From assembly GCA_963745835.1 (NCBI GenBank), contig CAVUZH010000016.1, forward strand, positions 320,001 through 384,000: a stretch of DNA of 64,000 bases. Direction: 5' to 3'. This stretch comes from an uncultured delta proteobacterium. GTDB lineage: Bacteria; Desulfobacterota; Binatia; UBA9968. The notes beneath the pieces were generated by a model, which had not been told where the DNA came from, made no database searches, and saw nothing but the letters and a program-made list of their open reading frames with translations. The position numbers were made by a program, and so were the translations under genes. Below are positions 49,164 to 60,126 of the stretch, piece after piece; position 1 is the first letter of the stretch, and every line of letters starts with the position of its first letter.

Positions 49164-49937
49164 ATGGACTTCGAGAACGTCACCGTTGAAATCGATGGGG
49201 TCATTGCCGTTGTAACTTTGAATCGGCCTCAACAGCTCAATTCGCTCTCCTATGATCTGGTCAAAGACTTATCCTTGGCAATGCAGGCCCTGGATGAGGA
49301 TGAAGCCATTCGAGTTATCATTCTCACCGGTGGAGAAAAAGTATTCGCGGCCGGCGCAGACATCAAAGAGATGGCCGAGCTCGGCCCCTTCGCCGAGCGG
49401 GTGCAAGGACGTCTCGCATATCGGGATAAGATCAATAAGATATCAAAGCCCGTCATTGCCGCTGTCAGCGGCTTCGCCCTGGGCGGCGGTTGTGAGTTGG
49501 CCATGAGCTGCGACATCATCGTCGCTTCCGAAACGGCGCGCTTCGGTCAACCGGAAGTAAATTTAGCGATCATCCCCGGCAGCGGGGGCACTCAGCGGCT
49601 GACTCATTTAATCGGCAAACACCGCGCCATGGAACTGGTGCTCACCGGAGACATCATCGGCGCCGCCGAAGCTGAACGTATCGGCTTGGTCAATCGGGTG
49701 ATTCCGGTCGAATTGATGCTTGAAGAGGCAAAGAATATCGCCATGAAGATCGCCGCTAAGCCAGTATTGGCGATCACAGCAGCGAAAGAGGCCGTGCTCA
49801 AAGCGGCCAACACCGCGCTCGACGAAGGTCTCGACTTCGAACGAAAATCCTTTTATATGCTGCTCGCGTCCGAAGACCGCAAGGAAGGCATGAAGGCGTT
49901 TCTGGAAAAGCGCAAACCCCAATACAAAGGCAGATAA
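49164..49937 (+). CDS. paaF: Enoyl-CoA hydratase (PaaF-like)
   Basis: FAAGADIKEM, ALGGGCELAM, FGQPEVNL..PGSGGTQRL. Confidence 0.8.
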   Translation: MDFENVTVEIDGVIAVVTLNRPQQLNSLSYDLVKDLSLAMQALDEDEAIRVIILTGGEKVFAAGADIKEMAELGPFAERVQGRLAYRDKINKISKPVIAAVSGFALGGGCELAMSCDIIVASETARFGQPEVNLAIIPGSGGTQRLTHLIGKHRAMELVLTGDIIGAAEAERIGLVNRVIPVELMLEEAKNIAMKIAAKPVLAITAAKEAVLKAANTALDEGLDFERKSFYMLLASEDRKEGMKAFLEKRKPQYKGR

Positions 49938-49952
49938 GGCGACTCACCTCTG

Positions 49953-50732
49953 TTGGCTTACGAAACGATCATTTACGAAAAGGAAAGCGGCGTTGCGACG
50001 ATTACGCTCAATCGTCCCCAGGCGCTTAATGCGTTCGTGCCGCAAATGAATCAGGAAATCATGGACGCGCTCAAAAGCGGCGAACGCGACCAAGACGTGC
50101 GTTGTTTCTTGATCACTGGGGCTGGCCGTGCTTTTTGCGCCGGACAAGATCTAAAGGGACGAACCCCGGATCAGAAGGGATCGTTGGGCGCTTCGTTGCG
50201 GGAAAAATATAATCCGATGATCCGGCAAATCCGCCAGATGGAAAAGATCGTCATCGCCGCGGTCAACGGGGTCGCGGCCGGAGCGGGTTGCAACTTTGCT
50301 TTGGCCTGCGACCTGCGCGTCGCTTCGGAGGAGGCGAAATTTATTCAATCCTTCGTGCGCGTCGGCCTGGCCCCGGATTCCGGCGGCAGCTTCATCCTGC
50401 CCCGGCTGGTCGGCCTTAGCAAAGCCATGGAGCTACTGCTTCTGGGCGAGACAGTCGATGCTCACGAGGCCCAACGGATCGGGCTGGTCGCCAAAGTATT
50501 TCCGACCGCTGAGTTTGCCGATTCAGCCAGGAAATTAGCTGGGAGAGTTGCCGCCGCGCCGCGCGGCATCGGCCTGATCAAAAGAGCGGTGAATCATGCC
50601 AATTTGCCAACTCTTGAAGCCGATCTCGAGTATGAAGCCTGCTTGCAGGAAATCGCCGGGCGAAGCTCCGACTACGATGAAGGCGTACGCGCGTTCTTGG
50701 AGAAACGCGCGCCGACGTTTACGGGAAAATAA
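49953..50732 (+). CDS. paaG: Enoyl-CoA hydratase/isomerase (PaaG-like)
   Basis: FCAGQDL, YNPMI, AAGAGCN.ALACD, GLAPDSGG. Confidence 0.78.
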   Translation: MAYETIIYEKESGVATITLNRPQALNAFVPQMNQEIMDALKSGERDQDVRCFLITGAGRAFCAGQDLKGRTPDQKGSLGASLREKYNPMIRQIRQMEKIVIAAVNGVAAGAGCNFALACDLRVASEEAKFIQSFVRVGLAPDSGGSFILPRLVGLSKAMELLLLGETVDAHEAQRIGLVAKVFPTAEFADSARKLAGRVAAAPRGIGLIKRAVNHANLPTLEADLEYEACLQEIAGRSSDYDEGVRAFLEKRAPTFTGK

Positions 50733-50786
50733 ATCTTCTGTGCGGCCGGGTGAGCGGTTCCAAGCCGCACTGAATTATCAAAGCGC

Positions 50787-51653
50787 ATGACCAATCCAAC
50801 AGAAAAGATTGCCGTGCTCGGCGCTGGGACTATGGGGGCCGGGATCGCACAGGTCGCGGCGCAAGCAGGATTCGACACTCTGCTGTATGACATTAAACAG
50901 GACTTCATCGAAACCGGCCTGGGTCGTATTCGCGGCTTTTTAAAGGGTAGCCGCGAGCGCGGAAAACTTTCTGCGGAGCAGGAGCAGGAGATTCTCGATC
51001 GCTTGCGCAGCACTACTCAGCTTGAGGACTGTCAAGGAGCCGCGCTGGTGATTGAGGCCGCGCCGGAAAAGTTGGAACTCAAGCGCGACATCTTTAAACA
51101 GCTCGATTCGATTTGCGGCCCGGAAACGCTCCTGGCAAGCAACACATCTTCGTTTAACGTCACCGCTATTGCGGCAAACACGCAGCATCAGGAGCGAGTG
51201 CTGGGTCTGCACTTTTTTAATCCGCCACCGCTCATGGCATTGGTCGAAGTCGTGCAAGGGGATCGGACCAGCCCGGCTGTCATCGATAAGGCCACGGATT
51301 TAATGCGCCGCATGGGCAAGACGCCGGCGCGCGCGAAAGACACGCCCGGCTTCATCGTCAATCGCATTGCCCGCCCATTTTACAACGAAGCATTGCGTGT
51401 CCTTGGCGATGGCGATGCCTCGGTGGAGACTATCGATCGCGTGATGAAGGAGGCGGGCAATTTTCGCATGGGGCCTTTCGAGCTGATGGATTTGATCGGC
51501 AATGACATCAACTTTGCCGCCACTGACTCGCTCTATCAATCATTTTTCCACGATCCTAGATTTCGTCCGAGCCCAATCCAGCAGCGTATGGTGATGGGCG
51601 GCAACTTGGGCCGCAAGACCGGCCGAGGGTTCTATGTCTACGACAAAAAGTAG
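50787..51653 (+). CDS. paaH: 3-hydroxyacyl-CoA dehydrogenase (PaaH N-terminal half)
   Basis: [39 protein letters not shown]. Confidence 0.8.
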   Translation: MTNPTEKIAVLGAGTMGAGIAQVAAQAGFDTLLYDIKQDFIETGLGRIRGFLKGSRERGKLSAEQEQEILDRLRSTTQLEDCQGAALVIEAAPEKLELKRDIFKQLDSICGPETLLASNTSSFNVTAIAANTQHQERVLGLHFFNPPPLMALVEVVQGDRTSPAVIDKATDLMRRMGKTPARAKDTPGFIVNRIARPFYNEALRVLGDGDASVETIDRVMKEAGNFRMGPFELMDLIGNDINFAATDSLYQSFFHDPRFRPSPIQQRMVMGGNLGRKTGRGFYVYDKK

Positions 51654-52383
51654 CCTGGCGATCCTCGGCAACAACCGGCTGGCGCAGGACTGGATTGCGC
51701 TCAGCAAGGTTAAGGGTCTGGACGCGGAGTTAGTGAGCGATGCCGCACACGTTCAAGCCAACTCATCCTTGGTGGTCGATACTTTAGCCGGCGATGAGGC
51801 AATGAAAAGGCGTACCCTAGAAAAGCTCGACACCGAGTTAGCGCCGTCTGCGGTGATCATCACGTCGTGTCTGGTCGGCTCAACCACTTTGATGGCCTCT
51901 TGGACAGAGCGGCCCGAGCGAGTAGTCGGCTTTGCGACTTTCTACCCGCTTGCAGACAGGAAGATCATAGAGATAGCGGCCGGACTTCGAACCTCTGGCA
52001 GCTCGATGCAGCGAGCGCAAGATCATTTTAAGTCGCTAGGCAAGGAATCCGTGAGGGTGAAGGATGCCGCCGGACTGACTTTTCCCCGGATTCTGAGTTT
52101 AATTATCAATGAAGCTGCGCGCAGCCTCGAAGAAGGCGTGGCTAAAGCTGATGAAATCGACATTGCGATGCGCCTGGGTGTAAATTATCCGATGGGGCCG
52201 TTGCGGTGGGCGGATCAGATCGGCTTAGATGAAGTGCTTGCCGTGCTCGAAGGTCTCGAGCGCGAAACCGGCGACGACCGGTATCGCCCCGCACCCCTCA
52301 TTAAAAAGCTTGTTGTGGCCGGCTTCCTCGGCGAAACCACCGGCAGAGGGTTCTACTCTTACGAAGAGCAGATGAAATCATGA
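51634..52383 (+). CDS. 3-hydroxyacyl-CoA dehydrogenase-like protein (PaaH C-terminal half)
   Basis: Degenerate Rossmann part, [36 protein letters not shown]. Confidence 0.8.
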   Translation: MSTTKSSLAILGNNRLAQDWIALSKVKGLDAELVSDAAHVQANSSLVVDTLAGDEAMKRRTLEKLDTELAPSAVIITSCLVGSTTLMASWTERPERVVGFATFYPLADRKIIEIAAGLRTSGSSMQRAQDHFKSLGKESVRVKDAAGLTFPRILSLIINEAARSLEEGVAKADEIDIAMRLGVNYPMGPLRWADQIGLDEVLAVLEGLERETGDDRYRPAPLIKKLVVAGFLGETTGRGFYSYEEQMKS

Positions 52384-52452
52384 AAGAATTCGTAGTTAGA
52401 TGTCGCACGCACCCCGGGGCCGTCACACCGGCATCCTGTAATGAAGGTCGGG
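52373..52452 (+). repeat. Degenerate duplicate of the 5' end of the thiolase gene (80 bp period)
   Basis: TGAAATCATGAAAGAA...CGCACGCACCCC...CACACCGGCATCCT versus TGAAACCATGAAAGAA...CGTACGCACGCCC...CACAGTGGCATCCT. Confidence 0.7.
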
Positions 52453-52459
52453 TGAAACC

Positions 52460-53662
52460 ATGAAAGAAGCTGTCATTGTCGAGGCCGTACGCACGCCCAT
52501 GGGGCGACACAGTGGCATCCTTAAAGACATGCGTACCGATGATCTCGGCGCATACATCATCGCCAAGCTCGTCGAAAGAACCGGCGTCAACAAGGAAGAA
52601 ATCGAAGACGTTTATTTCGGCTGCACCAATCAAGCGGGAGAGGATTCGCGCAATGTCGCCCGCAATGCTTCACTCTTAGCCGGCCTCCCCTATACCATCC
52701 CCGGCGCAACGGTTAACCGTTTGTGCGGCTCGGGCTTGGAAGCGATCAATCAAGCCGGCCGTGCCGCCGAAACCGATCATGGAGACTTGTTCGTCGCCGG
52801 CGGTGTCGAAAGCATGACGCGCGGCCCCTGGGTGATGGGAAAGCCCACCAGTTCTTTTCAACGCGGCGATGTGACTATGTATGATAGCTCGCTGGGCTGG
52901 CGCTTTCCGAATAAGCGGATGGGCGAGCTTTATTCCCTGATCAATAACGGCGAGACCGCCGAGAATGTTGCCGAGAAATACCAAATCAGCCGCGAGGACC
53001 AAGACGCATTTGCGTTATCCAGTCACAAGAAGGCTTTAAAAGCGCAAGATCAAGGGCTGCTTCGAGACGAGATCATTGCCGTCGAGATTCCACAGAGAAA
53101 AGGCGCGCCGATGGTGCATGAGAAAGACGAAGGACCCCGCGCCGACACTTCATTGGAAAGGCTCGCGGCTCTGCAACCCGCCTTCAAAAAGGGCGGCTCG
53201 GTGACGGCTGGCAATTCCTCGCCGCTCTCCGATGGCGCAGCGGCTTTGCTGATTGCCACCCGTGAAAAGGCCGAGCAACTGCGGCTCAAGCCGATGGCCC
53301 GTATCATCGCCTCGGCGGCCGCGGGCGTTCATCCTAACTACATGGGCATCGGGCCGATTCCAGCGGCTCAGAAAGCCATGAAACGCGCCGGACTCACTAT
53401 AGATCAAATCGATTTAGTCGAAATTAACGAAGCCTTTGCTTCACAGGTGCTCGCCTGCGCGCGCGAGCTCGGCATCGATCTAAATAAGTTAAACGTCAAT
53501 GGCGGCGCCATCGCTCTCGGACATCCCCTCGGATGTAGCGGCGCGCGCATCATGACCACGCTGGTTCACGAGATGAAGAGACGCGGCAGCCGCTATGGGC
53601 TGGCCACAATGTGCATCGGCGTCGGTCAAGGCATCGCGACGATTGTGGAGCGGATCAACTGA
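52460..53662 (+). CDS. paaJ: Beta-ketoadipyl-CoA-type thiolase (PaaJ/PcaF-like)
   Basis: [39 protein letters not shown]. Confidence 0.82.
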   Translation: MKEAVIVEAVRTPMGRHSGILKDMRTDDLGAYIIAKLVERTGVNKEEIEDVYFGCTNQAGEDSRNVARNASLLAGLPYTIPGATVNRLCGSGLEAINQAGRAAETDHGDLFVAGGVESMTRGPWVMGKPTSSFQRGDVTMYDSSLGWRFPNKRMGELYSLINNGETAENVAEKYQISREDQDAFALSSHKKALKAQDQGLLRDEIIAVEIPQRKGAPMVHEKDEGPRADTSLERLAALQPAFKKGGSVTAGNSSPLSDGAAALLIATREKAEQLRLKPMARIIASAAAGVHPNYMGIGPIPAAQKAMKRAGLTIDQIDLVEINEAFASQVLACARELGIDLNKLNVNGGAIALGHPLGCSGARIMTTLVHEMKRRGSRYGLATMCIGVGQGIATIVERIN

Positions 53663-53764
53663 TTGCCTGTCAAGCTTCCGGGCAAGCTAATGGGGCGCAG
53701 CCAGCCGAGAAAGCTCGCTGAACACCACTGCCGTTCTTGCTAGCTCGCTCATCCCTCGCAGCGC

Positions 53765-56428
53765 ATGAGATTGTCGAAAAAATCCATTTCGCTTGCGCTG
53801 GGCGCGGTCATCTTCGCCGCCGTCGCGCTGGTGTACTGTGTCAATCTTCTCGTCGCTACCAGGCGCGATCTCGTCTACGAGGAGCTCCAAAGGTTCGCCG
53901 GCAAAGACATCGCTTTCGACGAATTCGAAGTGACGTTGCTGACTGGGCTCGGTTTTTCCGCAAAAGAATTCCGAATCGCCGACAGCCCGGTTTTTGCCGC
54001 AACTCCATTGCTACGAGCAAAGGAACTCAGGATGGGTGTGAGCCTGCTCTCCCTGATGCTCGGCAGAATCGTTATCAATAAACTAACCTTCATCGAACCG
54101 GAATTTCAGATCATCACCAACGAAGAAGGTGTGATAAATATCTCATCGCTCGAAGACCGGAGGAGAGAGCTTGTCGACTTGCCCAAAGCACGCTCGTCCG
54201 CTTCAAAAAGAGAGCTCAGCTCAGTCAATTTTGTTGTTACCAACTTCCAAATTAAGAATGGTCGCATAGACTTTATCGATCGTTCGGTGCGTGCGCCGGC
54301 GGAAATGCAGATCAAGCGCGTCGACATAAATCTCCAAGGAATCAACCCCAATGGCCGAGCGAAAATGACCTTGGCCGCGTCGTTAAGCGAAAGTTTAGGT
54401 CAGGACGTGCGAGTAGCCGGATATTTAGGACCATTCGCTCGGGGCAAAGGATGGAAAGAACAGCCCGTCGAAGTCAATGTGGAGTTCGACTCGTTATTCG
54501 TGCCGCTACTCACCCGGGCCGTTCCTTTCTTCCGAGACAAAATTCCGCCGGAGCTCGATATCGCCGGGCCGCTATCGTTGCGCGCCAAGCTGGCCGGCGT
54601 TCTGGCTCGCCCCCAGGTTTTGGACTTTATCGTCAAAGCGCCGATCTTGGGCTCTTTAGACTATAACGCGGTCCTGAACGGCTCGGTGGATCTTTCCGCA
54701 AACGGACTCTGGTCAGAAGCTCAACTCAAGGGCAATCTTCGTCTGACTTCCATCGATATCACCCGTCTTCAAGGCACGAGCATGCTTCAGGACCTCTTGC
54801 CTATTGCTCTGAGCGGAGATGGTGAGGTCAGCGTCGAGAGTGTCATCGAAGGAACATGGAATAGGTTGCGCTTGGGGACAATAGTGCGGGCCCGGAACAG
54901 TGAGATTCGCTACGGCACTTGGCTGCGCAAGCCAAGAGGAATCGCCGCTGAATGGTCATCGAAAATTTCACGGCAGGATAACAGATTTGTTATTCACGAA
55001 TCGGTTCTGACATTGGGCAGCACCAGAACAAACCTCTCAGGCGTTTATGAATATGGCTCGAGAGCTCGCCTGCAACTCAGAGCCCGCGCCGATCGGTCCG
55101 ATTTGTCTCAGGTGCTCGAGTTCTTTCCAGCGCTGCAGGCGTTTCGAGCAACCGGGAACTTGCACGGTGAAGTTCTCGCTTCGAAAGTGATGATCGGCGA
55201 CTCGTCCTGGAGTATGAACGGCAAACTTGAGATCAGTGAAGCGGAGTTAAGAAATGAGAACAGCAGGCGTAAGCTGGAGCGCCTAAGTGTCAGCCTTCTC
55301 TTACTTGGCAAGCAGGCCCGCATCGAAAACGCCGCGTTTCGGGTCAGGTCTTCTGACATCGCAATGACAGGAGCAGTGGCCGACCTGGCGACTCCCACGC
55401 TAACCTACGAGCTTCGCTCAGCGAATTTACATCTGGCCGATCTTGCCGATTTTCCAGTGGCGAAATCGGATCGCCTGCAAAACGTCAGATTGAGCGGCAA
55501 GCTCACGTTGGAAGACGGGACGCCACGGATGCGAGGCACGGTGTCGTCGTCGCAGGGTACGCTGCACGATGTCCCGTATCTCGACCTGCGTAGCGCGATA
55601 ACTTGGTCGGCAGCAGAGATCAGCCTCAGAGATCTTTCTTTTCGCGCTTTAAACGGGAGCTGGCGCAGCCGCGAGGTGTCAATCACCGAGACCGGCAAAT
55701 CTCAACGCCTGGAACTCTCCTCTCAATTGACCTCGGTGGATCTAACGGCTTTACTCACAAGCAAACTGCCGGCGTCCAAAGATCGCATAGAGGGTCGGCT
55801 GAATTTTCAAGGAGAATTCAGTGCTGAGGCGCACAACGGCGGAATGAAACCCGGCTCCTTGCAAGGCTCTGGAGAAACCCGGATTCCCGGCGGAACACTC
55901 AAAAATTTCAATTTGATCGCGCTCATGATCTCTCGAATCGGCAGTTCTGGGTCGCTGATCTCGCTTCAGCTATCGCCGAGTTTAGCCGAGTTGGCGAAAT
56001 CCAAGGACACCCCATTCGAAAATATCGAGGCGGAGGTCTTATTTAATCAAGAAGTGATTCGCACCGAAACTTTACAGTTTACAACCGCAGACTATCGGAT
56101 CAAGGCAGCGGGATGGATGATGCTTGACCAGGTAACCCGATGGAACGGAATGTTGGTCTTGTCGCTCCGAATCAGTCAGGAGCTCTTGCGCGAGAACAAG
56201 AGTCTGCGCTATCTCATAGACCGGAGCGGTCAAATCAATTTGCCATTCCGTGCCGAAGGCACTCTGGCGAACTTGCGAGTACGACCCGACACCCGCATCA
56301 TCGCGCAGATCGTCCGGCGCGGCTCTCTGCCGAAAACGATCGAGCCACCGCCAATCGACAAACGACCGGAGGCGCAAGAACAGAAAGAATCCCTCCCGGC
56401 AGAACTCGAGCAATTTTTGAGCCGCTAA
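53765..56428 (+). CDS. AsmA family protein
   Basis: 887 aa; N-terminal TM, FIDRS motif, beta-rich body, C-terminal LPF..EGTL. Confidence 0.82.
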   Translation: MRLSKKSISLALGAVIFAAVALVYCVNLLVATRRDLVYEELQRFAGKDIAFDEFEVTLLTGLGFSAKEFRIADSPVFAATPLLRAKELRMGVSLLSLMLGRIVINKLTFIEPEFQIITNEEGVINISSLEDRRRELVDLPKARSSASKRELSSVNFVVTNFQIKNGRIDFIDRSVRAPAEMQIKRVDINLQGINPNGRAKMTLAASLSESLGQDVRVAGYLGPFARGKGWKEQPVEVNVEFDSLFVPLLTRAVPFFRDKIPPELDIAGPLSLRAKLAGVLARPQVLDFIVKAPILGSLDYNAVLNGSVDLSANGLWSEAQLKGNLRLTSIDITRLQGTSMLQDLLPIALSGDGEVSVESVIEGTWNRLRLGTIVRARNSEIRYGTWLRKPRGIAAEWSSKISRQDNRFVIHESVLTLGSTRTNLSGVYEYGSRARLQLRARADRSDLSQVLEFFPALQAFRATGNLHGEVLASKVMIGDSSWSMNGKLEISEAELRNENSRRKLERLSVSLLLLGKQARIENAAFRVRSSDIAMTGAVADLATPTLTYELRSANLHLADLADFPVAKSDRLQNVRLSGKLTLEDGTPRMRGTVSSSQGTLHDVPYLDLRSAITWSAAEISLRDLSFRALNGSWRSREVSITETGKSQRLELSSQLTSVDLTALLTSKLPASKDRIEGRLNFQGEFSAEAHNGGMKPGSLQGSGETRIPGGTLKNFNLIALMISRIGSSGSLISLQLSPSLAELAKSKDTPFENIEAEVLFNQEVIRTETLQFTTADYRIKAAGWMMLDQVTRWNGMLVLSLRISQELLRENKSLRYLIDRSGQINLPFRAEGTLANLRVRPDTRIIAQIVRRGSLPKTIEPPPIDKRPEAQEQKESLPAELEQFLSR

Positions 56429-56431
56429 GGC

Positions 56432-56698
56432 ATGACCTTGGTTCCCATCTACTTGGAAATTTGCCCTTCAGATATCGCGTATATCAAATTCATTTTAGAG
56501 TCCTATGAAGAAGTCGGCATCATTCGCACGATCGATCGCAAGAAGGCCATCATCGTGCTTTTAGCCGTTTCAGACTTTATCGAGGTTGCCCGCGCGATAG
56601 TAAAATCACTGCAGCAGGAAGTCACCTTGATCGAAATCCCGCCTCCGCCGGACCTAAGCGATGACTGGCTGATGACGGAGCTTGCGATTGATCCGTGA
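56432..56698 (+). CDS. DUF4911 family protein
   Basis: DIAYIKFILESYEEVGIIRTID. Confidence 0.8.
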   Translation: MTLVPIYLEICPSDIAYIKFILESYEEVGIIRTIDRKKAIIVLLAVSDFIEVARAIVKSLQQEVTLIEIPPPPDLSDDWLMTELAIDP

Positions 56699-56766
56699 CG
56701 GACGTGATCATCAGTTCAGTCAGAGCTGATTGCAAACCGTCAGGTTCCATTAGATCTTGAAATTAT

Positions 56767-58941
56767 ATGACGCGCAGATCCGCAACCGCAGCGACAGAAT
56801 CGCCGCAGGTACTAGAAAAAATTTCCAATCTCTTCAAGGGAAAGCCGCGCCTGCGCTTAACCCCGGTAGAAATTTCCCGTAGGGCCGGCTTCAAACAGGA
56901 CGACCTACAAACCATCATCGATTCCTTGCGCCGGTTGGTGCGCGAAGGAAGATTGGTCCGACTAAAGAAGAACCACTACGGATTACCCGATTGCGATAAC
57001 CTGATAACGGGCAGAGTCCACGCCCATCCCGACGGCTACGGCTTCCTCATTCTCGACGAAAAGAGCGCTGTGGATCTCTACTTAAATCGGCGCGAGATGC
57101 GTCGTGTCATGCATGGCGATCGCATCATGGTACGGGTCGATCGGAACAAACGCGGCGGCTTGGAAACTCACATAGTCCAGGTGCTCGAAAGGGCTCACAA
57201 ACGTCTGATTGGTACTTACGAAGAAATCGAAGGTCACGGCTACTTAGTCCCGATGGATCCGAGAATCGCTCCGGTGATCCCGCTAACTCGAGGACATGAG
57301 CGGCCCGAAAAGGGCAAGATCATTGCTGCTGAAATTTCTCGCTACGGGACCGCGACGTCGCCGCCACAAGCCGAGCTCCTGAAAGTCATCGGCAATCCGG
57401 ACGATCCCGAGGTGCAGGTGCAATCCATCGTGTTCCGTTATGGACTGAGCACCAGCTTCCCGCCCGAGGTCCACCGAGAGACAAGCAGCGCCTCCTTTGT
57501 TGTCAGTGCTGATGAAATCGCCTCCCGTACAGACCTGCGTGGTTTGCCGATTGTCACCATCGATGGTGAGCGGGCACGCGATTTCGATGATGCCGTTTAC
57601 GTGCGCAAGACCGACGAAGGTTATGAGCTCTACGTTTGCATTGCTGATGTCGCGTATTATGTCAGCCCCGCAACCGCCCTGGACCAGGAAGCTTACAGCC
57701 GGGCCACCAGCGTCTATTTTCCCGACCGTGCCATCCCCATGCTTCCGGAGGCGCTCTCCAACGGCATCTGCAGCCTCAATCCCCATGAGGACCGGCTGAC
57801 GAAAACCGCGTGCATTGAATACAGCGCCAAAGGCGAAGTCATAGGCAGCCGCTTTTTCAATTCGGTGATCCGCAGCCGAGAGCGCATGACCTATACCGAC
57901 GTGCGCCGAATCCTGGTAGATCGTGATCCCGCAACAATCGAACGCTATGCCGATCTCGTGCCCCAGTTTGAATTGATGGAAGAGCTCACATTGCTGATTT
58001 TTGACAAACGCAAAGCGCGGGGCAATCTAGATTTCGATCTACCGGAAGCGGAGATCATTCTCGACATTCAAGGAGTGCCGGAAGACATTATCCGGGCCGA
58101 GCGCAACATCGCTCATCGCATCATCGAGGAATTCATGATCGCCGCTAACGAGGCGGTGGCGCGTCATTTAACCGCAAAGGAGTTGCCTGCGCTTTATCGC
58201 GTGCACGAGGGACCGGAGAAAGAATCTCTTGAAGCGGTGGCGCCCTTCCTATTGAGTCTAGGATACCGGCTGCCGCTGAAGAAAGACAAAATCGCGCCCC
58301 TGGAAATGCAAAACCTGCTCGAGGCTGCTCGCGGCAAGCCCGAGGAGAGAGTGCTCAATCGTGTTCTCTTGAGAGCAATGAAACAAGCGCTGTACCAACC
58401 CGAAAACATCGGCCACTTCGGACTAGCCTCCAGATGCTACACGCATTTCACTTCGCCGATCCGGCGCTATCCCGATTTGATCGTGCACCGGATGCTCGAC
58501 AAAGCGCTTCGAGGCGAGAAATTGACAAGTGCTGGGCGTGAAGATCTCTCGTCCGATCTAGTAGAAGCCGGCAAGCACACTTCCGACAGGGAGCGAAATG
58601 CCATGGACGCCGAACGAGAGATGGTCGCGCTGAAGAAAACCCAATTCATGATGGATAAGATCGGTGAGGAGTTCAGCGGCTTCATCACCAGCTTGACGAA
58701 CTTCGGATTTTTCGTCGAGCTCGACAGCTATTTCGTTGAAGGGCTAGTGAAAATCGCATCGCTTACCGATGACGATTATTACTATTACGAAAAAGAATAC
58801 CTGATTAAAGGCTTGCGTCACGGGCGAAAGTTCCGTTTGGGCGACAACGTGACGGTCAAGGTCGCGCGCATCAATGCGTTCCGGAACGAGATCGATTTTG
58901 AATTAAGTTCACTCGTAGCGCAGCGCGTCGATGGGATCTAA
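56767..58941 (+). CDS. rnr: Ribonuclease R
   Basis: HPDGYGF, TIDGERARDFDDAV, EEFMIAANE, HFTSPIRRYPDL, S1 domain. Confidence 0.96.
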   Translation: MTRRSATAATESPQVLEKISNLFKGKPRLRLTPVEISRRAGFKQDDLQTIIDSLRRLVREGRLVRLKKNHYGLPDCDNLITGRVHAHPDGYGFLILDEKSAVDLYLNRREMRRVMHGDRIMVRVDRNKRGGLETHIVQVLERAHKRLIGTYEEIEGHGYLVPMDPRIAPVIPLTRGHERPEKGKIIAAEISRYGTATSPPQAELLKVIGNPDDPEVQVQSIVFRYGLSTSFPPEVHRETSSASFVVSADEIASRTDLRGLPIVTIDGERARDFDDAVYVRKTDEGYELYVCIADVAYYVSPATALDQEAYSRATSVYFPDRAIPMLPEALSNGICSLNPHEDRLTKTACIEYSAKGEVIGSRFFNSVIRSRERMTYTDVRRILVDRDPATIERYADLVPQFELMEELTLLIFDKRKARGNLDFDLPEAEIILDIQGVPEDIIRAERNIAHRIIEEFMIAANEAVARHLTAKELPALYRVHEGPEKESLEAVAPFLLSLGYRLPLKKDKIAPLEMQNLLEAARGKPEERVLNRVLLRAMKQALYQPENIGHFGLASRCYTHFTSPIRRYPDLIVHRMLDKALRGEKLTSAGREDLSSDLVEAGKHTSDRERNAMDAEREMVALKKTQFMMDKIGEEFSGFITSLTNFGFFVELDSYFVEGLVKIASLTDDDYYYYEKEYLIKGLRHGRKFRLGDNVTVKVARINAFRNEIDFELSSLVAQRVDGI

Positions 58942-60126
58942 ATTCGCCGCTTTTCTGGCGGGATAGAAGCCGAAGAATACTCCGACGGCGCCGGAAAAGA
59001 AAAAGGCGATGGCAATGATGGTGGTGCTGATGTGAGTGGGCCACTGCGCCCAGTCATTGAGGATCTCGGAGCTGCCGATACCGAGCAATATCCCGATACA
59101 GCCTCCGGTTGCCGCCATGACCACGGCCTCGACTAAAAATTGCAGCATGATGTCTTTGCGGCGGGCTCCCACTGCCATGCGAATGCCAATTTCACGAGTG
59201 CGCTCGGTCACCGAAACCAGCATGATGTTCATGATCCCAATCCCGCCGACCAGTAGAGAGATCGAAGCCACGGTGCCGAGCAGCACGGCCATGACCCGCG
59301 CGCTGCTTGAGGCAGCCTCGGCGATGTCCGAGAGATTACGAATGTAAAAGTCGTCTTCACGATCCGGCCCGATGCGGTGTCGCTGGCGCAATAGCGCGGT
59401 GATCTGGGCTTGCGCTTCCGGCAGGCGTTCGGCATTGATAGCCGAGGCAACGATACTTTGCACGAACGTGATGCGCATCAAACGTTTTTGCATGGTCGTA
59501 TAAGGAATGATGATCGTGTCATCTTGATCCGTCCCTTGGCTCGTTTGCCCTTTGGTGGCAAGCACACCGACAACCCGAAAGGGGATGTTTCTGATGCGAA
59601 TGACGGCATCGATGGGATCGTCACTCCCAAATAACTGATTAACCACGGTCTCGCCGACAACCGCTACCTTGGCGGCGCTCTCGATATCGCCATCGTGAAT
59701 AAATCGTCCTTCGGCGACCTGCCAATCGCGAATCTGCTGGAATTCCGGCGCGACTCCTTGTGTGAGGGTGAGCCAGTTAAGATTGCCCGCCACCACTTGT
59801 TCGGGACGACGCAAAGCTGGGGAAGCGAAGGCGACGGCGGGGAGCTCTCGCATCATCGCTTTGGCATCCCCATCGACGAGTGTATTGACACCTCCCGACC
59901 CGGTTCGTACTCCGCCCTGCACTGACGTCCCCGGCAAGATGATCAAAACGTTGGTGCCTAAACTGGCGATCTGAGACCGAATGGTTGCCTTGGCTCCTTC
60001 ACCAATCGCTACCATTGCGATGACAGCGCCGACTCCGATAATGATACCAAGCATCGTGAGAAAAGCCCGCAGCTTGTTTCTCATTAGAGCACGGAGCGCG
60101 ATCCGCAGTGTCATGAACAACATCAT
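58909..60126 (-). CDS. MacB-like ABC permease
   Basis: LTMLGIIIGV, VGGIGIMNIMLVSVTERTREIG, YPARKAA.LDPIDALRYE. Confidence 0.93.
   Translation of the reverse strand: MMLFMTLRIALRALMRNKLRAFLTMLGIIIGVGAVIAMVAIGEGAKATIRSQIASLGTNVLIILPGTSVQGGVRTGSGGVNTLVDGDAKAMMRELPAVAFASPALRRPEQVVAGNLNWLTLTQGVAPEFQQIRDWQVAEGRFIHDGDIESAAKVAVVGETVVNQLFGSDDPIDAVIRIRNIPFRVVGVLATKGQTSQGTDQDDTIIIPYTTMQKRLMRITFVQSIVASAINAERLPEAQAQITALLRQRHRIGPDREDDFYIRNLSDIAEAASSSARVMAVLLGTVASISLLVGGIGIMNIMLVSVTERTREIGIRMAVGARRKDIMLQFLVEAVVMAATGGCIGILLGIGSSEILNDWAQWPTHISTTIIAIAFFFSGAVGVFFGFYPARKAANLDPIDALRYE

Noticed and set aside
58909-58941. 33 bp convergent overlap of rnr and the MacB-like permease
   Set aside because: Short 3' overlaps are common; no sign of a special function.
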